A DNA stretch of 64,000 nt from Octopus vulgaris (GCA_951406725.2 OX597835.1:36084001-36148000); one strand, 5' to 3'; positions 12,110-26,536 are shown, numbered from the stretch's first letter. The notes: a model not told the origin generated them from the sequence alone. Translations and numbers: made by a program.

Positions 12110-12540
12110 TCTTTTACTTGTTTCACTCATTTGACTGTGGTCATGCTGGAGCACCACCTTCAATTTTTTTAGTCGAATGAACAGATCCCTGTACTTCCTT
12201 TTTAAGCCTGGTATTTATTCTATTAGTGTCTTTGCCGAACCGCTAAGTTACGGGGACGTAAACACGCCAATACCGATTGTCAAGCGGTGATTGGGAAGAA
12301 AAACAGAGACAAAGACACATATGCATAAATAGATGTGTGTGTGTGTATATATATATATATATGTATGTATGTATGTATGTATATGTATGTATACGACAGG
12401 CTTTTTTCAGTTTCCGTTTATCCATTCACAAGGCTTTGGTCAGCACAAAGCTATAGTGGATGACACTTGTCCAAGATGCCACGCAGTGAGACTGAACCCG
12501 GAACCATGTGCAAGGAAAGCAAGCTTCTTACTACACTGCT
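12110..12540 (-). mobile_element. tRNA-derived CORE-type SINE with internal microsatellite (family B)
   Basis: Same head, cttgggcaagtgtc core and tail as 23595, 29610, 42765, 51472. Confidence 0.8.
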
Positions 12541-12702
12541 ACAGATATATGTATATATATATATTTTTCATAATTTTGTTGAGAGCAGTGTCATTCAGTT
12601 CCATGCGGTTTGAATTTTCGCAAGCTTCTCACAGAAACCTGCAAAAATGTAAATCGCATGGACCCTGATCAAACAGTTTTTAAAATAAAAATATAACTGA
12701 TG

Positions 12703-12830
12703 AGGCGGCGAGCTGGCAGAATCGTTTGCACGCCGGACGAAATGCCTACTAGAATTTCGTCCATCTTTACATTCTGAATTGAAATTCTGCCGAGGTCGAC
12801 ATTTGCCTTTTATCTTTTCGGGATCATTGA
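12703..12830 (+). mobile_element. SINE family A (AGGCGGCGAGCTGGCAGAA head), partial
   Basis: Matches the many copies in the window. Confidence 0.8.
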
Positions 12831-12849
12831 ACCTGGCTTGAGTTTGGGC

Positions 12850-13090
12850 TTGACAATGTGGTGCTTGTCCAGGGTTCTGCACCATGCCATGGGTCAAAAG
12901 CAACAAAGGGCTTCCTTGGCGAGAAGGTGCCATTTTTTCTGAGGAATAACATCTGGCTCAGTAATAACCCAGATCTCAACCTTCTCGACTACTTTTTATG
13001 GGACGTACTTCTAGCAAGGACCAATGTTTCACCACACTCTAGAGAGGTTGCGGCAGCTGCAAAAAATTTTCGTTCTCGCTTGGAGACACA
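12850..13090 (+). pseudogene. Degenerate maT/DD37D-like Tc1-mariner transposase fragment
   Basis: QGSAPCH...IWLSNNPDLNLLDYFLW resembles QDGAPAH..WPPxSPDLNPLDY. Confidence 0.65.
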
Positions 13091-13094
13091 AATT

Positions 13095-14189
13095 GTTTTT
13101 CGATTTATTATTAGTGTTGCTTAATGTGTTTTGCTAAAATTGCTGTTTCTTTTCAGATATCATCAGAGAAAGGTAATTAAAATTCATTAAAATGACAGAT
13201 CTATCGGACTTTCAAAGAGCTCGTATGGCAGGCGCTAACGTGACTAAAACAGCAGAAATGTTCGGTGTATCAAGAAGTACTATCTCGAAAGTAATGACAG
13301 CCTTTGAGAAAGAGGGAAAAACCTCCTCGTCTGTACTCCAGAAGTAAACCAAAACTTTCAGATAGAGACCCTTGGACTCTTACGCGAATTATTAGAAAGG
13401 ATCACGAAAGTGCAGTTCCCAAAATTACTGCAGAGCTTAATGACCATCTCAAGAACACAGTTTCCACAAAAACTATTCGCCGGGGGCTGCACAAAGCCGG
13501 ATTTCATGGGAAGGCTGCTATCAGAAAACCACTACTTTCAAAAACAAAGCGTTTAGAGTGGAATTGATCCCTAGACTTGTGGAAGAATGTTATTTTCTCG
13601 GCTGAGTCATCATTTACCTTATTTCCAACCATCGGCCGAGTATACGTGTAATGACAGCCAAAAGAAGAATTTCACCCAGACTACCTTCTTCCAACTGTTA
13701 AACATGGAGGAAGATCTGTGATGATCTGGAGTGGGGGAGGCTATATCTTGGAAATTCGTCAGCCCAAGGGTTTCTCTTCATGGTAGAATTAATATTCAAG
13801 ACTATTTAAGCATTTTATCTGATCAAATTCATGCTACGATTGCGGAACTGTTTCCGGAGAGAAACGCAATCTTTCAGGATGATAATGCACCAATTCACAC
13901 AGCTAAAGTTGATACTGAATGGCACAAAGAACATTCTAGTGAAGTTGGACATCTTATCTGGCCACTACAGTCCTTAGATCTCAATTTTATTGAACATTTT
14001 AGAAAACAAGTAAGGAGTCGATATCCTCCACCATCATCACTACAAGAACTGGAAACAATTCAAACTTTGTACGAGTCCATAACCTGTAGAATTTAAGCCG
14101 TAATTACTGGCAAAGGCGGTACTGCCGCATATTAAAATAAATTTGTTTGAAATTATAAGGTGTTTCCATTATTTTGTCCAACCCCTGTA
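13095..14189 (+). mobile_element. Tc1-family DNA transposon, degenerate transposase with 3' TIR
   Basis: MTDLSDFQR..VSRSTISKV, RKPLL, VIFSAESSF, KHGG, FQDDNAPIH, WP..SLDLNFIEH; ends ..gtccaacccctg-TA. Confidence 0.9.
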
Positions 14190-14439
14190 TATGCTTATAC
14201 ATGAGCGTTCGTCTTCTAAATATTTTCAGTTTTTGTTTTTAAGAAAAGGCGAGGAAAAAAGGGTAAACCGAGAACTTTGCAATCGTAGAAGTCAAACAAG
14301 AACTATTCAACAGGACCAAATGTCTGTAAATTCAACAAGGGAGATAGAAAATAAAATCTCTCGGCACATAAAAATTGACCAGTGATTTTTCTTCCGCTCT
14401 CTTTCTTTCTCTCTCTCTCCCTCTCATCCTATCTATTTA

Positions 14440-14517
<78 letters not shown>

Positions 14518-14609
14518 CAAGTCTAGTTGTCTGTTTACTTAACTATCAACATACCTAAGTTTTCACCTATCACTTTCTTTCTTTATCTATCTATCAAGCT
14601 ATATGTATG

Positions 14610-14905
<296 letters not shown>

Positions 14906-16812
14906 CTTAATTAGCTACCAAAATGCCTTGCCTCCTTCACTCACTCATTCACCCTCTCACTCACTCCTCACTCATTCACACACACAAACACCCTTCACCC
15001 TGAACCCATCACACCCTCCCACCACACCCTCCACCCTCACACTTCACTCCCATACTCCATACTAAGTAGATAGAGGAAACTTAACTTTCAATCAGCTAAA
15101 AGAAATCATCAAAGTGAAACAAGAGAACAGCCATAGTTTGTACTTTATAATCTCGTCAAATTCTCGCTCATCTTTTCACCATAATGTATCTTACCATTGT
15201 ATTAAGCTCCTTTGTTTCATTTTAATTGCTTCAACGGGTATTCCATACATATCCTGTGTTAATTTTCCTATGAATTACACGGATTTCCCATAGAAAAATA
15301 TATATGAAATAGATGTCATTTTCTCGAAATAAAACAGAGTAGTTTGGATTTCGGCAACCATTTTGTTCGTATTACTGTTGATATCATTACCGTAATTGTT
15401 GTTGTCATTCTCGTTGTTTTCGATTGTTTGTTGCTGTTGGATGTTTTTGACGGTTTTTATTATTATTATTTGGTGTATTTGTTGCTGCTTTTGTTGTTGT
15501 TGTCGTTGTTATTGTTATTCTTTGTTAATGTTACTGTTTTGTTTCATTTTTATTTTTCGCTGTTCGTTCTCCGAAAATGTTTGTTTATGGCGTTAATGGC
15601 GTCTGTATTATTGTGGTACTTTGTTAGTTTGCTTATATTTTTTGTTGTTGTTGTTTTAGACGCTGTTTTGCTGTGTTTTGTCGTTATTTCTGGCTTATTT
15701 CTGGTTGTTGTGATTGTTGTTATTGTTGTTGTCAGACACTTTGTTGTCAGAGGTGTTATTGGTAGCAGTCATAACAGTGGAGGAAATGGCGGCGACGGCG
15801 CCGGCGGTAATGGTGGTGGTGGTGGTGGTGGTACTGGTGATGGTGGTAGTGGTGGTGGTGGTGGTAGTAGTGGTGGTGGTGGTGGTGGTGTTGGTAGTGG
15901 TGGCGGTCGTCGTCGTTGTATTATCGGTTGTACTAGAATTGTGGGTGATGTCGGTAGTGGTGGTGGTCGTCGTCGTCGTGTCGTTAGCTTGGGGGTGGGG
16001 GAAATGATGGCAGTTGTAGTGGTAGTGGTAGTGGCGATATTGGTGGTGGTGATTATAATGGTGGCGGAAATGATAATGGTTGTAGTGGTGGTGATAGCGC
16101 TGGTGCTGTAATGGTGAGGGTGATGGTGGTGGTGTTAGTATTGGTGGTGATGTTTATGGTGGTGGTGACGGTGGTGGTGGTGGTGGTGCCGATGATGGTG
16201 CTGGTGATTGTAATGGAGGCGGAGATGATAATGGTTGTAGTGGTGGTGGTAGTGCCGATGATGGTGCTGGTAGCGGTTGTGGTAGTTCTCTTGTTCGTAG
16301 TGGAAGTTGTGGTGGTATTGATGGTGGTGGTGGTGGTGTTAGTGGTGGTGGTGGTGATGTTAGTGTTAGTGGGGAGTCAGTGGTGGTGGTGGCGGTGGTG
16401 GTGATGGTGGTAGTGTTGCTGCTGATGGTGTTAGCGGTGGTGACGGAGATCTTTCTATAAGTTTTCTATTTGTGATTGTTGGTGTAGTTGTTGTTGTTGT
16501 CGTTTTTGTTGTTGTTGCTAGCGTTGTAGGTACCCCCTGTTGTTATGTCATTGTTGTAACTGTTGATTGTTCATGTCTTTTATTATAGTTTTGATGGGGG
16601 TTACTGTTGCAGTTCTTGTCATTCTTGTTATGACTTTTGAACTTGTCGTTGTTGTTGCTTTTGCTGTCGGTGTTAACGTTGTTATTGTTGTTACTGTTGT
16701 TGTTGTTGTTCGTGATATTGTTGTTTTTAGCGATGGTGGTCTTGTTTTGGCTATTGCCGTTGTTGTTATTGTTGTTTGTTGCTGTTGTTGCCAATATTAT
16801 TATAGTTGCTAT

Positions 16813-17030
16813 GACGGCGGGCTGGCAGAATCTTTAGCACGCTGGGCAAAATGCTCAGCGGCATTTCGTCCGTCTTTACGTTTCTGAGTTCAAATTCCAC
16901 CGAAGTCGTCTTTACTTCTCACCTTTTCGGGGTCGATAAAAATAAGCACCACTTAAACACTGGGGTCGATGTAATCCATTTAACCTCTCCCACAAAATTG
17001 CTGACCTTGTGTCAAAGTTCAAAGACAATA
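16813..17030 (+). mobile_element. SINE family A (alternative tail)
   Basis: gctggcagaa..ttctgagttcaaatt..cctttcggggtcgataaa. Confidence 0.8.
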
Positions 17031-17746
17031 TTATTATAGTCACTACTAGTTTTCTGCTAGTAGTGAAGTTGTGATTGTAGTAGTAGTTGTTGTTGCTGTT
17101 TGTTTGTTTGTTTGTGTGTTGAGCAAAGGGGTCTTCGTCCCAGTGTAGTGGGAGAAGTCCGAAACGTGGTCCTTTGCTATTTGTAAGACCCGCAGAAGAG
17201 AAAGCAGGGTCAACCCCAGAGTAGAGAGGATTCGCAATCTAGACTAGGGCCTGAAAGTTCACCACTCCATAGTAGGTTACACCATGGTTCCTCTGCTTTG
17301 TGGCAGAAGTAGGAAGAAAGAGTGAGAGAAAATTGTGGTGAAAGAGTACAGCGGGGTTCACCACCACTCCCTGCCGGAGCCTCCTGAAGCTTAGGTGTTT
17401 TTGCTCAATAAATACTCACAATGTCTAGTCTGGGAATCGAAACCGCGTTCTTACGATGGTGGTGATGTTAGTGTTGGTGGCAATGATGGTGATGGTGGTT
17501 GTAGCGCAGATCGTAATAGTGGAATGTATTATTAGTGTGATACCGATTGTTAATAATAATAATAATAATAATAACAATAATAATAATAATAATAATAATA
17601 ATAGTAATAATCTTTTTCTGTATTGGCCAGTGATAAAGACAATAATGATGTGATCTTTTGTTTTGGTGTGGTGTTGGTGTTGGTGTTGGTGGTGGTTGTG
17701 GTGGTGGTGGTGGTGATAGTGGTGATGGTGGTGGTGTTGGTGTTGG

Positions 17747-17777
<31 letters not shown>

Positions 17778-17788
17778 GGTGGTGGTGG

Positions 17789-17819
<31 letters not shown>

Positions 17820-18066
17820 GGTGGTGTTGGTGGTGCAGAGGTGGTGCTTGTGGTGATGGTGGTATTGGTAGTGGTGGTGGTAGTGGTGGTATTGGTGGTG
17901 GTAGTAGTTCTTTGTGGAAATCATGAGCTATTAAGATAGTTCTATAGACTTTTACATTTGAGATACATACATACATACATACATATACACAGACAAACAT
18001 ACATTCATATATACATACATATATGAGAGTGCGTGAGATTGAATATATATGTTCACACACACACAC

Positions 18067-18100
<34 letters not shown>

Positions 18101-18453
18101 ACGTTCCTGTTGTTGTTCCTTTGCTGTTGACAGAAGAGCGCACTGAATTGTCTTTTGTTAAAATGGTATTCGGCTTCAAAAGACGCTACGGCCATCTTTA
18201 AAGTTTCTTCTTCTCTTTCTTTTTGTTGTTGTTGATGCTGTTGTTGTTGGTGTTGTTGTTGTTGTTGTTGTTGTTTTTCTTCTTCTTCTTCTTCTTCTTC
18301 TTCTTCTCCACCTTCTTCTTCTCCTTCTTCTCCTTCTTCTCGTCCTCTTACTCATCTTTCTCTTGCTACTGTTTCTCGTTATTATCATTATTATTAAAAG
18401 ATATCATTGTTATTATCATCATCGATATTGTACTTATTTTATTGTGTTAGATT

Positions 18454-18454
<1 letters not shown>

Positions 18455-18499
<45 letters not shown>

Positions 18500-18519
18500 C
18501 ATTATCATTACTATTATTA

Positions 18520-18580
<61 letters not shown>

Positions 18581-18615
18581 CATTATCATTATTATTATGA
18601 TTATTATTATTATTA

Positions 18616-18646
<31 letters not shown>

Positions 18647-18663
18647 CATTATTATTATTATTA

Positions 18664-18694
<31 letters not shown>

Positions 18695-18707
18695 CATTAT
18701 TATTATT

Positions 18708-18767
<60 letters not shown>

Positions 18768-18782
18768 TTCATCATTATTATT

Positions 18783-18823
<41 letters not shown>

Positions 18824-18975
18824 TATTATTATTATTATTATTATTATCATTATTATTATTATTATTGTTATTATTATCATTATTATTATCATTATTATTA
18901 TCATTATTATTATCATTATTATTATTATTATTGTCATCATCATCATTATTATTATTATTATCATTATTATTTTTA
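18455..18975. repeat. Compound (ATT)/(ATC) microsatellite
   Basis: Direct observation. Confidence 0.95.
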
Positions 18976-19130
18976 TTACATTACCTGTGTATTCTGTGCG
19001 CGTATGCTCTCCGTTGTAAACAATGCCACACCATTGTATACTTCAAAGATCATTGTATTAAGTGGGTGAGATGGGATGGTAGGGTTGTTACCTGTATGTG
19101 CCTCGTGTGTATGTGTGTGTGCCTGTGTGT

Positions 19131-19171
<41 letters not shown>

Positions 19172-19188
19172 CATACATGCATACATAC

Positions 19189-19247
<59 letters not shown>

Positions 19248-19675
19248 CATATATGTGTGCATATATATGCGTCTGTTCGTATGCAAGATCATACACCCAT
19301 GACTTACAAACTTACGTGTTTGCATATATGTAATCGTGTGTCTGTGTGTCCAAATATTTAATAGTTTGTATGTGTTATGGATGTTTCTGCGTGCGTTTGT
19401 GATAGGTGCTGTGTGTGTAGGTTTATGTGAGAGTTTGGTGCTGCTTACAGAGAGATATTTTAGAGAGAGCGTGGTAAGAAATTTCCGAAGATAAATGAGG
19501 TGGTACGTTGACAGAGTATAAACAAAGGTGTTATTTGCAGGGGTGCATATGTGCACGCCGATACATATACATACGTGTATATATATATGCATATAGACAT
19601 ATATATACCTATATATATATATATGTATATATATATATTCATATCTACCTATGCATCTATCTATCTATCTATCTA

Positions 19676-19752
<77 letters not shown>

Positions 19753-20545
19753 ATATTAGTGTGGGCATGTTGATGTACAATAATATCATAATTCTATTTT
19801 AAATTTTGGGATTTCATTTTCTACAAAAACATAACGCTGTATGTGTACATGTGTGTGTGTGAGTATGTGAGAGAGTACATTTCGTATACGTCTGTGTGTG
19901 TGTCTGTGTGTGTATGTGTGTACGTGTGAACGTGATTATGTGTTGGGGGCGGCGCATGCGTGCTTTCAATTCTATTCTAATGACAGAAACATCATTGTTC
20001 GTTTCTTTGTGTTTTATGTTATGTTATTTTATTTTCATTTTATTTTCGTACTCCTTTACTCTGTCAGAACACTTTATAACTATCCCACAAAACCACACAC
20101 TAATAATTACTTACACACACACACACGCGCGCACACACACACAAATACGTAGATTCACAAACTGATATACATATCCATGTATATTTCCGTGTGTTTATGT
20201 CAATATGGATGCGCACACAGAGCGCTAATCTCCATCCATTATTGGGCATATGCGCAACTTAACATTGTTTTCTGACGGGAAGACCTGTTCCGTTACCATT
20301 CAATATATTAAGAGATTTTGAGTTTTGGTAATGATATTTTGGAATCTATATTGTTTTCACCAGGAAAGCGTGTGCACCTGTGTGTGTCTATGCTGATATA
20401 TATATGTATATATATTGAACATACACAATTTCCTAGCGATATATATATATGAGTATACGTGCAATCGCAAATAAACAAACATATACATACACTCTCACAA
20501 ACCCACACATACACGTATACACACACACATATGTATGTATGTATG

Positions 20546-20590
<45 letters not shown>

Positions 20591-20845
20591 GCATATATAT
20601 ATGTATATAACCATTTAACTATATATATTTATACATACACAATTACACGCGCACATAAACTGCGTGCGCTCACACACTCGCACATATATATTTGCATAAA
20701 TATTTGACGAAATTCTTCGAGAGAAGGATACGGTAAGCGAAAATACTGCCTCTGATCAGGTTTCAATTCTCCCGTTCGATACTAGCTAGAAAGATATAAT
20801 TTTACCTGCCTCGAATTTACCACTCCAATATATGTACGAGGGAAT

Positions 20846-21076
20846 GGGCGACGAGCTGGCAGAATCGTTAGCGCGCCGGGCGAAATGCTTAGCGGTATTT
20901 CGTCTGTCGTTACGTCCTGAGTTCAAATTCCGCCGAGGTCGACTTTGCCTTTCATCCTTTCGGGCTCGATAAATTAAGTACCAGTTGCACACTGGGATCG
21001 ATATAATCGACTTAATCCGTTTGTCTGTCCTTGTTTGTCCCCTCTGTGGTTAGTCCCTTGTGGGTAGTAAAGAAAT
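20846..21076 (+). mobile_element. SINE family A, full length, with 18-bp TSD
   Basis: TSD atatatgtacgagggaat at 20828-20845 and 21077-21094. Confidence 0.9.
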
Positions 21077-21082
21077 ATATAT

Positions 21083-21291
21083 GTACGAGGGAATACTGCC
21101 TTTATGTAAATGAAATACAGAAGGATCAGTTAATTATGATATTATTCAACATATTCCCCTCTCAGATTCACACACTTATTGCAGCGGTCCTTCAGTTTTT
21201 CTAAGCCTTGTAAAAGAACTCGGAAAGTTGGGCGTCCAAACAGGCATTTCATGATACCCTTAAAGCCAGGAATTTTCCAACAACTCCTTGT
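21083..21291 (-). mobile_element. mariner-derived MITE/deletion derivative
   Basis: TA-CGAGGG / ccttgTA ends; minus strand encodes EKLKDRCNKCVNLRGEYVE*, a mariner C-terminus. Confidence 0.7.
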
Positions 21292-21416
21292 ATGTATGCT
21301 TTTCTTGGAATTTTATTTAAGTTGCAGCGTGGAAGGTGTTTATAAGCCATTTAAGAAACACACAAAAACCGTTAGATTCACTTCAACATTTAAATTCAAT
21401 TTGTCAAAATATTTTC

Positions 21417-21646
21417 TATTTCTTTACTACCCACAGGGGGCTAAACACAGAGGGGACAAACAAGGACAGACAAAGAGATTAAGTCGATTATATCGACCCC
21501 AGTGCGTAACTGGTCCTTAATTTATCGACCCCGAAAGGATGAAAAGCAAAGTCGACCTCGGCGGAACTTGAACTCAGAACGTAACGCAGACGAAATACGG
21601 CAACGCAATTCGCCCGGCGTGCTAACGTTTCTGCCAGCTCGCCGCC
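21417..21646 (-). mobile_element. SINE family A, full length, with 17-bp TSD
   Basis: TSD tttgtcaaaatattttc at 21400-21416 and 21648-21664. Confidence 0.9.
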
Positions 21647-21734
21647 TTTTGTCAAAATATTTTCGTCGCTTTGAGACCGCGACCTGTTCACTGACAAAAC
21701 TTTGTGCTGCGTCTCTTTAAATTCTTTTTTGAGA

Positions 21735-21945
21735 AAGTTCAAACCGGTCGCTAACAAAGGTAAAAGACTTCTGTTTGAGTTTCTCTATCTCATCCTTCCA
21801 GTCACCATACCTAGAATCTTCAGATCTTCAATTATTCTAGTCACTTGAACACTATAGCAGTGGGAAAATATTCAGAAACTGGGACGATATCGAAACGGCA
21901 CAGATAAAATGTTTCCCTACTAAAGACCCAGTTTCTTTTACTCAA
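21735..21945 (+). pseudogene. Highly degenerate mariner transposase fragment
   Basis: HP..SPYLESSDLQLF*SLEH..GKIF..WDDI resembles HPPYSPDLAPSDYHLFxSLxHxLxGKxF. Confidence 0.5.
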
Positions 21946-22379
21946 CAAACCAGAGTAACAGTTACATGAGCTCTATATATTAACCCTGAAGAAATTCTAC
22001 TGCCATATAGTTAGAAAGTGGTAATTTTCTTAGCATTAAACCAAATGCTTCGAAATCTCCATCAACTAGATAATAGCACTGAAACATATATATCGTATAT
22101 TTTTCCTTTTTTAATTTTAATTTGTTTTTCTTTGAGTTGTGAACATCTAATGAATTTATTTGTATTGTTATTTATTTTTAAATATCATCTTTTTGTAACA
22201 TACAAATAAATTATTAATTACATTTATTTATTCTCCATTTTCGTCTTCTTGTTTTCCCTAAATATTGATAATTTCAATAATCCTGAACATATACCAATGA
22301 TTTCGCATTATATGATACGGATTAAACCAATAAAATACCTCGGATTACATAAGCCTTAATGAGGATATGACTTCCTCGA

Positions 22380-23545
22380 ATTAACACTCTTTACATGGTT
22401 TTAATATATTTTATATTGTGTTTGTCGACCGGTTTCGCTTTCGCTAATCATGACATTGAAATTATTTGACTTTTGTAATTTCTTTAGATTTAGCCCATGT
22501 TCTGTGTGGAGAAGTTTGTGAATGAATGATTCAACAAGTAGAAAAATCTAAGGGGAAGTAATTGGTGAACGTTATTATTGGGGACAGGGGAGGAAATTGC
22601 TCATCTTTCAGAGAAGGTATAAATAAATAAATATACAGAAAAGCTCAAAAGCTAAAGCAGTGAGATGAAATATGGACAGCGATGCGTATGTGATCAAGAA
22701 TTAAAGTATATACTGAGATCAATTTGGTTATGCGTTCATATTTAGAAGTGTTCTGTATTTTCGATGAACATTTTTTTTATTTAAACGTTCTTGTATAGAG
22801 ATTGTTTCTTTGCACTGGTAGATGGAGAAAACTGCGAAGTTTGGTTGGATATTACCTGCACATCTGTCTATGTGTTCACTCAAAGAAATCTGTCTGTATT
22901 GCGGGAACCGGATCTGTTCTTTATGTAGTGTGGTTCTCCGTCTCAGGGACATACTTGTCCACAACCTGAGAACGTTATAACATAAATTAGATTCTCGTAA
23001 ACACAAGTGAATTCGATTTTAATTGTGAACATCTGTACTTGTTTGAATAGGAATTCTGAGCCTTCCAGTAGGTTGAGGCATGTTCTAAAGTTTGGGCGTC
23101 CACGTCTTTTAACTTTTGGTTTCGTGGTTGTTGTGTAAAGCTTTGCATTTGTTAGAAGTTTTTCCAGCGATTTGTGTTGCTTTTTGCATTTGTTGAATTT
23201 ATGTTTTCAGAACATTGTTCATTTTTGGATCCCTAGTGAGTATGGGTAGATTTTGTACAATAGTGTTGTATGCCTCATTGTTTCTAGGGTTGTCAGTTGA
23301 TATATACGGTAGTGTTTTGAGATGAGGTGTAGTCTTACTTTTTAATGCCCTTAGTGTTTAATGTCTAATTTCTCAGCATGCTTAATTCCATCGTCTATAA
23401 GTGAGGCTGGATATTGTCTTTCAGTTAGTATTGTTCTGAGGTCTTGAAGACGAAGCTCCGAGTATTTCTATTAGACACCATTCTGCAATTACTTTTTGCT
23501 AAATCAAAGGGGATATTTCTTTTGATGTGTTACAACTAACAACGT
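22380..23545 (-). mobile_element. Degenerate Penelope-like element (RT thumb, linker, GIY-YIG, 3' region with HHR)
   Basis: Minus strand reads HIKRNIPFDLA..RQYPASLI..LPYISTDNP..FTC..NLIYVI..GC..RTTLHKEQI..SEHIDRC. Confidence 0.8.
22423..22455 (-). ncRNA. Minimal hammerhead-like motif downstream of the PLE ORF
   Basis: TGTC-ATGATTA-GC(GAAA)GC-GAAA-CCGG-TC-GACA; palindromic stem III, GUC site, decayed core. Confidence 0.55.
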
Positions 23546-23594
23546 GGGGATAATCGAAATTCCTCCCTTTTTGTTACTATATATATACATAAAG

Positions 23595-23747
23595 AAGCGG
23601 CGGCGTGGCTGTGTGGTTGTAAGTTTGCTTCCCAATCACGTCGTTCCGGGTTCAGTTCTACTGCGTGGCACCTTGGGTAACTATTTTCTACTACAACCTC
23701 GGGCCGACTAAAGCCTCATGGTTGAGAGAAACTGAAAGAAGCCCTTC

Positions 23748-23799
<52 letters not shown>

Positions 23800-24100
23800 G
23801 TGTGTGTGTGTGTGTCTGTGTCTGTGTGTGTGTATGTATATATATATGTGTGTGTGGGTGTGGGTGGGTGTATATATATATATATATGTGTGTGACTTTG
23901 TGTCAATGTCTGTTCCCCATTACCACTTGACAACCGGTGTTGATGTGTTTATGTTCCCGCAACTTGGCGATTCAGCAAAACTGACTGATCGAATGAGCAC
24001 TAAGCTTAGAAAATAACTCCTGGGCTCGATTCGTTCGAACAGAATCCCTTGAAGGTTGTGCTCTAGCATGGCCGCAGTCAAATGAATAAGACCGGTGACA
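23595..24100 (+). mobile_element. SINE family B with internal microsatellite
   Basis: gtggctgtgtgg..ggttcag..ggcaccttggg head; gcatggccgcagtcaaatga tail. Confidence 0.8.
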
Positions 24101-24157
24101 GAATAAAAAAACGCACGTAGACATATACTCGTTGTCTTTCTGAAATATCATTACCCC

Positions 24158-24191
<34 letters not shown>

Positions 24192-24429
24192 CAAATACAT
24201 ATACAGACATACATATATACGATCATGCAACGAAGTTTTACAAAACATAAAAAACACATACAGGTCTCATTTATCTTCATCTTCACTAATTTCTCTCTCT
24301 TTCTCGCTCTCGCTCTCTCTTTCTCGCTCTCTCGCTCTCGCTCTCTCTCTCTCTCGCTCTCTCGTTCTCTCTCTCTCTCTCTCTTTCTCGCTCTCTCGCT
24401 CTCGCTCTCTCTCTCTCTCGCTCTCTCGT

Positions 24430-24463
<34 letters not shown>

Positions 24464-24812
24464 GTTCTCCCTCTTTGCTCTTTTCTGTCTCTCACTGTTT
24501 CTCTCCCCTCTCTCCACCACTATAATCAATCACCCTTAGTTTGAACTTCATTTTTACTGATAGGTTTTGGGGTGGGGCGCAGGGCGGGGTCAGGGTATTT
24601 TGGGTGAATAGACAGCAATAGCAATAAATAACAGGTAATCACACATACACACACACACACACACACACGTTCAGACACGTAGATTCACTACCACATATAC
24701 ATGCATACACACACACGCATAAAGACATACCACACGCACACACACACAGAGAAAGATGCATACTCACACACGCACAAAGACGCGTACACACACGCACAAA
24801 GACACATACACA

Positions 24813-24912
24813 NNNNNNNNNNNNNNNNNNNNNNNNNNNNNNNNNNNNNNNNNNNNNNNNNNNNNNNNNNNNNNNNNNNNNNNNNNNNNNNNNNNNNNNN
24901 NNNNNNNNNNNN
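24813..24912. other. Assembly gap (100 N)
   Basis: Run of N. Confidence 1.
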
Positions 24913-26091
24913 ACGTTATTATTGGGGACAGGGGAGGAAATTGCTCATCTTTCAGAGAAGGTATAAATAAATAAATATACAGAAAAGCTCAAAAGCTAAA
25001 GCAGTGAGATGAAATATGGACATCGATGCGTATGTGATCAAGAATTAAAGTATATACTGAGATCAATTTGGTTATGCGTTCATATTTAGAAGTGTTCTGT
25101 ATTTTCGATGAACATTTTTTATTTAAACGTTCTTGTATAGAGATTGTTTCTTTGCACTGGTAGATGGAGAAAACTGCGAAGTTTGGTTGGATATTACCTG
25201 CACATCTGTCTATGTGTTCACTCAAAGAAATCTGTCTGTATTGCGGGAACCGGATCTGTTCTTTATGTAGTGTGGTTCTCCGTCTCAGGGACATACTTGT
25301 CCACAACCTGAGAACGTTATAACATAAATTAGATTCTCGTAAACACAAGTGAATTCGATTTTAATTGTGAACATCTGTACTTGTTTGAATAGGAATTCTG
25401 AGCCTTCCAGTAGGTTGAGGCATGTTCTAAAGTTTGGGCGTCCACGTCTTTTAACTTTTGGTTTCGTGGTTGTTGTGTAAAGCTTTGCATTTGTTAGAAG
25501 TTTTTCCAGCGATTTGTGTTGCTTTTTGCATTTGTTGAATTTATGTTTTCAGAACATTGTTCATTTTTGGATCCCTAGTGAGTATGGGTAGATTTTGTAC
25601 AATAGTGTTGTATGCCTCATTGTTTCTAGGGTTGTCAGTTGATATATACGGTAGTGTTTTGAGATGAGGTGTGGTCTTACTTTTTAATGCCCTTAGTGTT
25701 TAATGTCTAATTTCTCAGCATGCTTAATTCCATCGTCTATAAGTGAGGTGGATATTGTCTTTCAGTTAGTATTGTTCTGAGGTCTTGAAGACGAAGCTCC
25801 GAGTATTTCTATTAGACACCATTCTGCAATTACTTTTTGCTAAATCAAAGGGGATATTTCTTTTGATGTGTTACAACTAACAACGTGGGGATAATCGAAA
25901 TTCCTCCCTTTTTGTTACTATATATATACATAAAGAAGCGGCGGCGTGGCTGTGTGGTTGTAAGTTTGCTTCCCAATCACGTCGTTCCGGGTTCAGTTCT
26001 ACTGCGTGGCACCTTGGGTAACTATTTTCTACTACAACCTCGGGCCGACTAAAGCCTCGTGGTTGAGAGAAACTGAAAGAAGCCCTTCAAT

Positions 26092-26141
<50 letters not shown>

Positions 26142-26502
26142 GTGTGTGTGTGTGTGTCTGTGTCTGTGTGTGTGTATGTATATATATGTGTGTGTGGGTG
26201 TGGGTGGGTGTATATATATATATATATATATGTGTGTGACTTTGTGTCAATGTCTGTTCCCCATTACCACTTGACAACCGGTGTTGATGTGTTTATGTTC
26301 CCGCAACTTGGCGATTCAGCAAAACTGACTGATCGAATGAGCACTAAGCTTAGAAAATAACTCCTGGGCGCGATTCGTTCGAACAGAATCCCTTGAAGGT
26401 TGTGCTCCAGCATGGCCGCAGTCAAATGAATAAGACCGGTGACAGAATAAAAAAACGCACGTAGACATATACTCGTTGTCTTTCTGAAATATCATTACCC
26501 CA

Positions 26503-26536
<34 letters not shown>

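Noticed and set aside
15344-16404. Hydrophobic and Gly-rich ORFs resembling membrane or glycine-rich proteins (also 38058-39154, 47241-47820)
   Set aside because: Products of (GTT)/(GGT)/(GAT) repeats that are open in several frames.
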